Shown here: positions 18,166-25,309 of the stretch, one piece after another
Layout: each line of letters begins with the position of its first letter
Position numbering within the stretch: position 1 is the first letter of the stretch
Virus record (IMG/VR): IMGVR_UViG_3300031233_000027
Location: 1-25,309 of that record
Reading direction: 5' to 3' (one strand)
DNA: 25,309 nt
DNA from: a virus
Taxonomy: Duplodnaviria > Caudoviricetes
The notes under the pieces: model-generated
The model's input: only the letters and a program-made list of their open reading frames with translations
Database searches by the model: none
What the model was told of the DNA's origin: nothing
Program-made: the position numbers and the translations under genes

Positions 18166-18394
18166 TTATCGCTCTCCTTATTAGGGGATCAAACTGCGCA
18201 AGACGGATAGCGGACAAACTAGGGGCTTTGTTATAACCATTCCAATGATCTTGGTGGCGAAAGACTTGCCCAGCAACAGCGCTCTTAGTTATACCGAGCT
18301 TATTTGCACACTTACTAAATGAAAGACCAAAATAACGTAGGTCACGCAAAATGAGAAGTTGCTCTTTAGACCAATCAGGCCGTTGCTTGTTCAT
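18158..18394 (-). CDS. gcrA: GcrA-like HTH regulator (N-terminal domain only)
   Basis: WSKEQLLILRDLRYFGLSFSKCANKLGITKSAVAGQVFRH parallels the GcrA N-terminus (W.DE....L..LW..GLSASQIA..LG.VTRNAVIGKVHR); ATGA overlap at 18391-18394. Confidence 0.7.
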   Translation of the reverse strand: MNKQRPDWSKEQLLILRDLRYFGLSFSKCANKLGITKSAVAGQVFRHQDHWNGYNKAPSLSAIRLAQFDPLIRRAISG

Positions 18395-18528
18395 CCCCAA
18401 CCATCTTCAATAAGATCTTCATCTTGCTCTTCTTCATTAAAATATTCAACAGTTTCCTGTATAATCTCACTACAAGAAAGACAGTCCCAAAAACTATTAG
18501 TATCACGATCACAAATCGGGCAGCGCAT
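18391..18528 (-). CDS. Small Zn-finger protein with acidic tail (45 aa)
   Basis: MRCPICDRDTNSFWDCLSCSEIIQETVEYFNEEEQDEDLIEDGWG*; GGAG SD; TAATG and ATGA overlaps at its two ends. Confidence 0.75.
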   Translation of the reverse strand: MRCPICDRDTNSFWDCLSCSEIIQETVEYFNEEEQDEDLIEDGWG

Positions 18529-18902
18529 TACTTCTCCCGTACTTTCTTATATTCGTCTTGTTCTGGGAAGTTCTCTTCCATGTAGTCTAAAACAAACTGT
18601 TGTTGAACGGATTCAAGTGCTTGGGCGAGATTATGAAGACGCTGACGAACAGCCATAGTGGTTGCATATGGATCGGGAAAGAAGTTAACAATGTTGTCAC
18701 AGCGTTCAGTCAGCTTCTTCTGCTGGGCTTCGTCAAGAGCCGGACCAAATTTGATAGTCGGGTTAGGCTTTCTCTTGGCTGATCTTGACCTGATGAAGAT
18801 AATATGTTGATTGTACTCACGCCTCTCAACAACCCAACCATATTTGTTAACAAGCTTACTTTCAAGATAAAGTGGAAGACTGTATTTAGTCTTTAACTTC
18901 AT
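18528..18902 (-). CDS. Hypothetical protein (124 aa)
   Basis: Likely start ATG 18902 (MKLKTKYSL...) just after the ATP-grasp stop; the track's longer version overlaps the ATP-grasp gene. Confidence 0.7.
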   Translation of the reverse strand: MKLKTKYSLPLYLESKLVNKYGWVVERREYNQHIIFIRSRSAKRKPNPTIKFGPALDEAQQKKLTERCDNIVNFFPDPYATTMAVRQRLHNLAQALESVQQQFVLDYMEENFPEQDEYKKVREK

Positions 18903-18909
18903 TGGTCCA

Positions 18910-19791
18910 CTACCAACCGAGATTGAGGTTGCGGATACCACTTCCAATTCCGGCCACGGAAGCAGGGGCGGCAACCCACAATCCAGGTCCAGCTTGTTGT
19001 TCTGCGGGCTTATGATCATAGGCAATTGCCTTCGGTTTAATACCGGTTCGTAAACTTTCTGCAAGACCTCTGAGGGCGACGCCGTACTGCTGAACAGTTG
19101 TCCCTTCGATGCCCGGTGCAGTATTAGCTTCCAGGACATAAAAATCTCCCTTTTTGTCCTCGATGATATCCAGACCACCAAAATCCAAGCCCAGCGCCTT
19201 GATGGTCTGTATTGCCAAGGCGTCGCGTTTAGCACTAGGAATTATGTTCTTGCGCTGAAAGATAAAACCATTTTGCCAGGAACGAACTTTCCAGCTAACA
19301 ACTTCACGCTTAGGGTCACGGACCTTTTGTTGGGTGTCAATAATATCATATGGCGTTGCATGAACGCGAAATTCCTTTTCCTTGAAAATGTATTGGGTGT
19401 AGAGGGGAGCTTCTATGAGCTCATTACCTGGCTCTACTATTACAATACCATCGCCTTCATGGCCTGTCAAGGTCTTCCGGGCCACAACCGTCTTGCCAGA
19501 AGCCAGCCACTCCTTGGCCACAGCCTTATTAGCTGTCCAAGGAACTGTGGGTATATTCTTTCCCGCCAGCATCTGAAATGTCATTAGCTTATTAACAGCC
19601 TTAGCAACCGCACCCGGTTGATTTAGTGGCCGAAATTTAGTAACTGCAATAGCAGCGCGACATTTACCCCAGTTAACAATCACATCGTCCGGCTTAACAA
19701 CCTTATTAAGATGAAGACGACGAAAACCCTCCTCTTTAGCGAGCAAGGCGGCTCCGTCGGACGGTCGGCCACTGTAAATCCAAATGGTCAT
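18910..19791 (-). CDS. ATP-grasp peptide ligase (RimK-like, phiEco32 type)
   Basis: IVNWG, AVNKL, GHEGDGI, EFRVH, LGLDFGGLDII, VLEANTAPG. Confidence 0.92.
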   Translation of the reverse strand: MTIWIYSGRPSDGAALLAKEEGFRRLHLNKVVKPDDVIVNWGKCRAAIAVTKFRPLNQPGAVAKAVNKLMTFQMLAGKNIPTVPWTANKAVAKEWLASGKTVVARKTLTGHEGDGIVIVEPGNELIEAPLYTQYIFKEKEFRVHATPYDIIDTQQKVRDPKREVVSWKVRSWQNGFIFQRKNIIPSAKRDALAIQTIKALGLDFGGLDIIEDKKGDFYVLEANTAPGIEGTTVQQYGVALRGLAESLRTGIKPKAIAYDHKPAEQQAGPGLWVAAPASVAGIGSGIRNLNLGW

Positions 19792-20657
19792 TCGGTCAAA
19801 GCCCCTTCATTCCACGCAGAACAGAACGCCAAATCTTGAGCGATCCTCATGCCGTCTCGCAACATCTCTTCAAATCCAGCAACCTTAAGATACTTGATAG
19901 CATATGGCCCAAGAGAATTCTTCAGGAATTCAGTCGAGTCCATCATGCTGAATTGCTGGATGATTGCAGTAGGATTTTGAAATGTCCTAGCCCTTTCCTT
20001 GATCTGCTGGAGGGTACCAATCCAATGCATAAGACGACCCTCATGCAATGTGCATTCCAAGGACCGATACTCAATACTGCCAAACTTCAACAGACTGGCG
20101 AAATTAATTGAACTATAGCGATTATTCTGTTGAATACCGAAGAAGTCTGAACCCTGGGAAATGGAGTTTACAAGTTCAACAATTTGTCCCATCGCATCCT
20201 TGGCGCGGAAACAGAAATTATTACCAACTCTGTGTTCTCCGTTCTGAGACACTAGAAGTTCGTCAAGTATCACAGACAACACCATCGAATTGTAGATGGT
20301 TCTGAATGATTCTTGAGAATAATTAACGTGAACATGGATTGAAGTCCGGTACGAGTCGAACACCTCAACCCCTGGACCGGTAAGGTAACCAAACAGAAGT
20401 TGGATAGCTTTCTCAGTATTTTTCAAATTATATGGTGAACGACTGACGTACTCAACAGCCTGAGATCCTGGTACGATTTTCCGAAGACTGCCATCATTAT
20501 GTTGAGCCCACAAAATCTTAACCCGCTCTTCAGGGCTCATAATATTCTTGCCTTCGAGCTCAACTTCAATACCGAAAACGTCTGTCACACTAGCCGCATT
20601 CGCAATAGGAATATGACGAGTTAAGGTGTCGTCCAGTTTCATTCTCTTTGTAAGCAT
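19788..20657 (-). CDS. Putative amidoligase (glutamine-synthetase-like fold)
   Basis: FGIEVELEG, HNDGSLR, EYVS, RTSIHVHVN, RYSSINFASLLKFGSIEYR. Confidence 0.88.
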   Translation of the reverse strand: MLTKRMKLDDTLTRHIPIANAASVTDVFGIEVELEGKNIMSPEERVKILWAQHNDGSLRKIVPGSQAVEYVSRSPYNLKNTEKAIQLLFGYLTGPGVEVFDSYRTSIHVHVNYSQESFRTIYNSMVLSVILDELLVSQNGEHRVGNNFCFRAKDAMGQIVELVNSISQGSDFFGIQQNNRYSSINFASLLKFGSIEYRSLECTLHEGRLMHWIGTLQQIKERARTFQNPTAIIQQFSMMDSTEFLKNSLGPYAIKYLKVAGFEEMLRDGMRIAQDLAFCSAWNEGALTE

Positions 20658-21286
20658 TATGCGAGAGCCTCCTGCAATGCTTCATTGAGGTGTTTGTACT
20701 CATTCAAAATCTTGTACTCACCAAGATTACCATTAAGACTTACGCCAACCTTGGTACCACGATATTCAAGAATAAAATCCTGGTGGATGTAATCATACGA
20801 CAATGCGAAATCCTTATGAAAAGCAATAGTCTTAGCTTCTTTGTCTTTCAAGACCTTTTCGACAACAGGAATTTCAGGATAAACATTCTCTAGCATATTT
20901 ACATACGGACGTGAAAAATTGAAATTCTCTTCTGGCATCATAACATTTTCTGAAGATGAAAAGCCGAGTTGGGAACGAATCAAACCCTGCCGATATTGCT
21001 TGATTGGTTTTCTATACCACCAAAGACAGTGATTATTAGTATTGGCATAACCAATATTGTACTTCTTATATGTGAACGCTTTGTCTTCGAGATTTATATT
21101 TTTATTGCGCATATTGAAAGCACAGACGACTAGACGAAACTTATCTGGAATCTGTTCACTGTTATTAGGATCTATCTGATGACTAACTTGCTTGACGAAA
21201 ACAGCTTTATTCTCATAATAACAGATAGTTTGACTGAACTTGGAACTAACGTCTTCTAGGTTGTCGAACTGTATTTCCTTAGGCAT
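20657..21286 (-). CDS. Hypothetical protein within the ligase cluster
   Basis: 209 aa; TAATG-coupled on both sides. Confidence 0.75.
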   Translation of the reverse strand: MPKEIQFDNLEDVSSKFSQTICYYENKAVFVKQVSHQIDPNNSEQIPDKFRLVVCAFNMRNKNINLEDKAFTYKKYNIGYANTNNHCLWWYRKPIKQYRQGLIRSQLGFSSSENVMMPEENFNFSRPYVNMLENVYPEIPVVEKVLKDKEAKTIAFHKDFALSYDYIHQDFILEYRGTKVGVSLNGNLGEYKILNEYKHLNEALQEALA

Positions 21287-22128
21287 TAAGCCGCCTTAAG
21301 TAGTGTTAGTGGATCCAAGTGCAAGTCACACTCGGGATAGTGTTCAGGCCAATCAACATCATTGGTGTTGATCACAGTCTGTGCGATGTCACCATAGTTG
21401 TCCTCGGCCCAGAGCCCGCTAAAGCCGTCGGCCATAGCGACCTGAGTAGTGTTATAGACCCAACGCATCAATGGGTCTGAATCCAACCATCTATTTGAGA
21501 GAACGCGATACTCCAACCCGTAGGATTTCGGACGAAACGCACCCGCTTTCCCGTATAGTGAACGACGAACCGGGTCTTTATCCCAAAAAAGTGAATACAT
21601 CCCAAGATAGTAGTCCAACTGACGTGCAAAACGACAACAAAGCATGAACCAATCTTTATCCTCAATGTCTTTGTCCTCTGTCCAACCAATGTGAATGTGC
21701 CCGCTAGCGGTCCTGAAAGGCTCCCCAGCGGGATCGGGGGCCGGATTGGTAGTCATGGTCCAGCCACTATAGTCAGGGTTACAGCCGAGCTCCTGGGCAT
21801 GACTAGGGACTTGAAACTTGAAGTAGTCTGGCTCAAACCGAGCAACAGGTTCAGCCACAACATTATAGCCGGGGACCATATTGATCATGGTGTTCATAAC
21901 GGATTGAATATTGTGAACAAACTCATCACAGGTTTTAGCAGGATCAATGTTAAACTCAAGTGCGGTTCCGTCAATTTGGACCGCCCCAAATGGAACTTTG
22001 TGAGGTTCCCACTTAGTTCCGGGAATTCTTGGTCCATGTTCCAGGTCGTCAGCAGACACAAAAGCACCCGTATTAGGGTTACGCATAAAGAGTTCTGGGT
22101 CGCAACCGACCAATACTGTTGATTTCAA
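21286..22128 (-). CDS. phiEco32-like COOH-NH2 ligase type 2
   Basis: VGCDPELFM, QIDGTALEFN, GCNPDY, RTASGHIHIG, RRSLYGKAGAFRPKSYGLEYRVLSN; TTG start with AAGGA SD. Confidence 0.92.
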   Translation of the reverse strand: MKSTVLVGCDPELFMRNPNTGAFVSADDLEHGPRIPGTKWEPHKVPFGAVQIDGTALEFNIDPAKTCDEFVHNIQSVMNTMINMVPGYNVVAEPVARFEPDYFKFQVPSHAQELGCNPDYSGWTMTTNPAPDPAGEPFRTASGHIHIGWTEDKDIEDKDWFMLCCRFARQLDYYLGMYSLFWDKDPVRRSLYGKAGAFRPKSYGLEYRVLSNRWLDSDPLMRWVYNTTQVAMADGFSGLWAEDNYGDIAQTVINTNDVDWPEHYPECDLHLDPLTLLKAA

Positions 22129-22140
22129 CTCTTGTTTCCT

Positions 22141-23214
22141 TCACATCACATGTCGGAGGGTTTCATAGCAATCAACATCGCCATAACAAACTTCACACAT
22201 GAATGGAGTATTCTTGGCCCCATTCCAGTTACCCATTATCTGAATAAAGTCACCCCATTCTTGACTGTTGTCATTACAGAACGCACAGCCTTCGGCAACC
22301 ATGTGCTCAAACTGCTGCTTGTTGATGGTGTGGCCGTAGATGTCTTTGTATGGGGGGCGAAATCGCTTGGTATCGAATTTTTGATTAAACGATAGAACAT
22401 TGCTATCACTCTTCTTATAACCAGCAAACGTCTTCACCGTCGTCGTAGTTGTAGCCCCACCTGTAAAAGGGACTGTGGCATAAACACATGACTTCCCTTC
22501 AACTTTAGACTGCTCGGGACTGTCAAATTTCTTGGTAACAACCGTGGGGACTTTCCACTTATAATGGGTGTCCTTGGTTATCGTGAAGAACTCGTCGCCT
22601 TCCGTTTTCTTGCGACGACGACCTAGAACGTACTTAAGCATCTCAGGTTCAGACGCCCAAATAAGCGTGCAACGATCTGCAGAATAGCAATAGTGAAGTG
22701 GTCGCTTGTCATTACGCAGGAAGTTTAGGGTTCCGTCTCGCTTGTCAAACCACGTAAGAGCCCAAGCGCCAGTCACACGCTTCATGGTTTCAACAACACC
22801 AACTTCATTTATTGTCGAAAAAATGGCCTGACTGTCTGTGTCATAGAGATTCGCATCATGAAGATTTTTAATAGTAAATTTGTCAAGCGTACCATTATGA
22901 GCACCCATAACATGTTCAAAAGCGAATGGATGAGCATTCTCTTCAGTGTGAGCCCCAAGAGTGGCATATCTGTTATGCCCTATGAGAACTTTAACAGGAT
23001 TATTGATGTCCATAGCGTCTTCGAACGCCTTGGAGTGAAACAAGTTGAAAGGGTGTCCGGGCGCTCTTGCTAGAGTGAACTCGTTCGTGGCTCTGTGAAC
23101 AAATCCAGCACCAGTTGAGTGTGCACCTCTAACACTGTCAACTAGTAGTAGTTCATTAAAAACGTCTTTCCAACTTCCATAAATGTCTCCCGCGACTCCG
23201 ACTAGCCCGCAAAT
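22141..23214 (-). CDS. Class II (Ntn) glutamine amidotransferase, ~357 aa, inferred ATT start
   Basis: ATT-TGC-GGG-CTA-GTC-GGA gives (M)CGLVG with AGGAG 8 nt upstream; RGAHSTG, GHNRYAT, NAHPF, GAHNGT, TDSQ; C-terminal CAFC/CEVC. Confidence 0.92.
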   Translation of the reverse strand: MCGLVGVAGDIYGSWKDVFNELLLVDSVRGAHSTGAGFVHRATNEFTLARAPGHPFNLFHSKAFEDAMDINNPVKVLIGHNRYATLGAHTEENAHPFAFEHVMGAHNGTLDKFTIKNLHDANLYDTDSQAIFSTINEVGVVETMKRVTGAWALTWFDKRDGTLNFLRNDKRPLHYCYSADRCTLIWASEPEMLKYVLGRRRKKTEGDEFFTITKDTHYKWKVPTVVTKKFDSPEQSKVEGKSCVYATVPFTGGATTTTTVKTFAGYKKSDSNVLSFNQKFDTKRFRPPYKDIYGHTINKQQFEHMVAEGCAFCNDNSQEWGDFIQIMGNWNGAKNTPFMCEVCYGDVDCYETLRHVM

Positions 23215-23870
23215 TGCAAACTCTCCTGCATGAATTCTGACATTAGTTCAAAACAATAATCAGCAAAACGAGAACCGGGAACATATTCTGGATGACCCTG
23301 AATGCAGAGGGTCCGGGTTTGCGGATACCAAACGATCTCAGTGTCCTTGTGGTCGTCTGGGTAGAAAAGACTATGCCCAGCTTCCCAATGATCAGGATTC
23401 GCAAGCTTTCTGGTTGATTCGTCAGCCGTTGCAATGACAACACCAGTCTTGTAATTGGGTCGCATCATCTGGTGGTGTGTGCTGGTGGCTCTGATCTTTT
23501 CACCAGTTCGGGTGTCAACGATCATATGGTCGCGAGTGTGACGATCAACATCTTGCCAGAGGGTGCCACCATTAAGGCAATTGAGAAGTTGAGCTCCACG
23601 ACAGATACCAAGTTTGAAAGTATTCGGAAAACGATTAAAGATGGCAATCTCTTCTTCATCACGACGAGACGGTTCGAACGGAACACCACGATAAGCCGGT
23701 CGTTCGTGGTAGATTTTGGTACCAATATCGGCACCGCCGTTAAAGACAATCAAAGTAGCAGACTCGGGATCTTTGATAGGACGCATACCAATTCCACGGA
23801 AAAGATGGCTGGAACTGTCCAAACCACCATATTCGTTAAGGCTAGTAAACGGCATGTCTTTAAAGTTCAT
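23202..23870 (-). CDS. Class I glutamine amidotransferase / peptidase C26 (gamma-glutamyl hydrolase-like)
   Basis: GGADI, LGICRGAQLLN, STHHQ and IQGHPE give a Cys-His-Glu triad; start is 23870 or 23855. Confidence 0.88.
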   Translation of the reverse strand: MNFKDMPFTSLNEYGGLDSSSHLFRGIGMRPIKDPESATLIVFNGGADIGTKIYHERPAYRGVPFEPSRRDEEEIAIFNRFPNTFKLGICRGAQLLNCLNGGTLWQDVDRHTRDHMIVDTRTGEKIRATSTHHQMMRPNYKTGVVIATADESTRKLANPDHWEAGHSLFYPDDHKDTEIVWYPQTRTLCIQGHPEYVPGSRFADYCFELMSEFMQESLQFAG

Positions 23871-24849
23871 CAAAGGCGTCGTCGTCGTCAAGGTCGTCGA
23901 AATCAAAATCGTGTTCCTCTATGTGTGGTTGTGGTTGTGGTTGTGGTTGTGGTTGTGGTTGTGGTTGTGGTTGTGGTTGTGGTTGTGGTTGTGGTTGTGG
24001 TTGTGGTTGTGGTTGTGGTAGATCATCCCAAATATGCAAGGGAGGTTGAACAAATAGTGGAGGCATTGGAACAAACTTTTTAATCTTTGGTTCAGCTATT
24101 GGCTTGATAATGGGTAGACCAAACAACTCCGAGATCTTTTCGTCGTCCATAGTCTTCATACCCCGAATAGTATTATAATCGGTACTACCCCAAATTTTGT
24201 CACACGGACGACAATTTTTAGGATTTACCTTAAAAGATTCTGACATTGAAGTCATATCACCTTTTATGATCCGACCCCAATCGGACGACGGAGCGAACCA
24301 ATAGTGACCATGTACCGGGAAAAATCTGTTGTCGCCATTAAATGGCTCACCACGAGTAGAATAAGACAGCAGAAAGGCTAGAACAGTGTCGAACCCAGCT
24401 TGTGTCAACAACTTCCATTGTTTAAGAAACTTTGAATGTTCTATTGGAACTCGGGTGGCAATACAGAAGTTGTAAAGAACATTGCTTGGCCATTTGTCTA
24501 GATCAGTAATATGAAGATAATAAGTCGCTCTCGATTTCTTAAGACTGACAAGATCACTAAAAGCTTTGAAGGGACCATTTATCAACATTCGAATATAGTC
24601 TATAGAAACCTCATTAGACTTTGGAACAGCAGTAACCATCTCTTCAAAACCAGGTTTGTGCATTTGCATACTAGCGTGACATATACGCATGTATTCCTTG
24701 ATAAGAACACCTTGAGAATTCCAAATGAACCAAGAAGATGGACTAGCATGATTCAAGCTTTTATACGTGTCAAACAAAGAGGGTAGGTTCTCTTCTATAA
24801 CACTCTTACTATCAACTAGGATTTCTTCGGGGATTTTCTTATTCACCAA
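23860..24849 (-). CDS. Hypothetical protein with (PQ)15 tract and acidic C-terminus
   Basis: 329 aa; first gene after the promoter; TTG/GTG start with AAGGA upstream. Confidence 0.75.
   Translation of the reverse strand: MVNKKIPEEILVDSKSVIEENLPSLFDTYKSLNHASPSSWFIWNSQGVLIKEYMRICHASMQMHKPGFEEMVTAVPKSNEVSIDYIRMLINGPFKAFSDLVSLKKSRATYYLHITDLDKWPSNVLYNFCIATRVPIEHSKFLKQWKLLTQAGFDTVLAFLLSYSTRGEPFNGDNRFFPVHGHYWFAPSSDWGRIIKGDMTSMSESFKVNPKNCRPCDKIWGSTDYNTIRGMKTMDDEKISELFGLPIIKPIAEPKIKKFVPMPPLFVQPPLHIWDDLPQPQPQPQPQPQPQPQPQPQPQPQPQPQPQPHIEEHDFDFDDLDDDDAFDEL
23924..24019. repeat. Perfect hexanucleotide tandem repeat (TGTGGT)16
   Basis: 16 identical units; encodes Pro-Gln on the minus strand. Confidence 0.97.
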
Positions 24850-24903
24850 TTATTGGTCTTCCTTAACGGAGTTAAGAACTTCTACGTTGAGGGTAAAGAG
24901 ATC

Positions 24904-24965
24904 TTTATATATTATTATATTATTTAGTCTCTTTAAAGAACTCTCTAAGAGTCTCTTTAAGAGAT
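24904..24965. repeat. AT-only tract plus ~12-bp periodic direct repeats
   Basis: 24904-24925 is A/T only; AGTCTCTTTAA at 24926 and 24950 with degenerate AACTCTCTAAG between them. Confidence 0.7.
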
Positions 24966-24993
24966 ATTATATACCAAAATATTAAGCTGTCAA
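24966..24993 (-). promoter_or_regulatory. Sigma70-type promoter for the ligase/replication operon
   Basis: TTGACA (24993-24988), 16-nt spacer, TATAAT (24971-24966); both hexamers are perfect consensus. Confidence 0.85.
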
Positions 24994-25158
24994 GATAATA
25001 AATCCAATTACAGCAGAAACAGCACCGGCATAACACCAATGCAACCCTGTAATTGTGGTACGTCTTCCGTCTTCAGGAAAGTCGTTCTTCATAGCAGATA
25101 TGCCTGCTAGGAACATACAAACAGCACAAATAGCGAAGAAAAGACCCGCGATAGACAT
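24982..25158 (-). CDS. Small two-TM membrane protein (58 aa)
   Basis: MSIAGLFFAICAVCMFLAGISAMKNDFPEDGRRTTITGLHWCYAGAVSAVIGFIILTA*; TAATG-coupled. Confidence 0.65.
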   Translation of the reverse strand: MSIAGLFFAICAVCMFLAGISAMKNDFPEDGRRTTITGLHWCYAGAVSAVIGFIILTA

Positions 25159-25307
25159 TATGCCGCCAGCTTCCAGGTTTTGCTTTTGTCGCGAAGGAAC
25201 AAACCTTGGGGGCTACCGCGCGGTGTGGCTTCCCCGATCTTGACAAAACCACACTTCTTGATGGCGTCCATGATCTTCTTGCTAGCCATTTGACCAGAAT
25301 TGAGGGT
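25158..25307 (-). CDS. Hypothetical protein, probably 5'-partial
   Basis: Open frame ...TLNSGQMASKKIMDAIKKCGFVKIGEATPRGSPQGLFLRDKSKTWKLAA* running to the window edge. Confidence 0.6.
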   Translation of the reverse strand, partial: TLNSGQMASKKIMDAIKKCGFVKIGEATPRGSPQGLFLRDKSKTWKLAA

Positions 25308-25309
25308 CA

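Noticed and set aside
18903-19235. Long N-terminal extensions given by the track for several ORFs (18528..19235, 9844..10701, 11310..11828, 9687..9989)
   Set aside because: They overlap well-supported upstream genes; internal ATGs next to the upstream stop fit better.
6388-23214. Pseudogene or alternative genetic code explanation for the truncated ORFs
   Set aside because: The reading frames and catalytic motifs are intact, and TAA, TAG and TGA all end genes normally. Only the start codons deviate.
23924-24019. Possible CRISPR array or telomere-like repeat
   Set aside because: No spacers; it is a simple in-frame coding microsatellite.
23472-24083. Plus-strand poly-Val and (WL)n ORFs
   Set aside because: Products of the TGTGGT repeat read on the non-coding strand.

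Overview
This window is part of a lytic podovirus-type phage genome with two convergent arms that meet at a bidirectional terminator (5807-5843). The plus arm (1-5805) ends a virion module: a 1722-aa internal/ejection-type polyvalent protein with metallopeptidase-like motifs, a holin-like gene and a small ORF. The minus arm (25309 to 5851) is an early/middle operon with two near-consensus sigma70 promoters. It carries a phiEco32-type peptide-ligase cluster (class I GATase, class II GATase, COOH-NH2 ligase, amidoligase, ATP-grasp), a truncated GcrA-like regulator that points to an alphaproteobacterial host, an Rmf-like protein and a metallophosphoesterase. It continues with a T7-like primase-helicase, family A DNA polymerase, SSB, nucleases, an M15 endolysin, a nucleotide-metabolism block and a class II RNR. 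The most striking observation is that four conserved enzymes appear to start at non-AUG codons: nrdJ (ATT), primase-helicase (ATA), the PD-(D/E)XK exonuclease (ATC) and the class II GATase (ATT). Each has a well-placed Shine-Dalgarno and overlaps the upstream gene's end, and the supplied ORF track truncates all four. All family calls come from motif recognition by eye, not from database searches.
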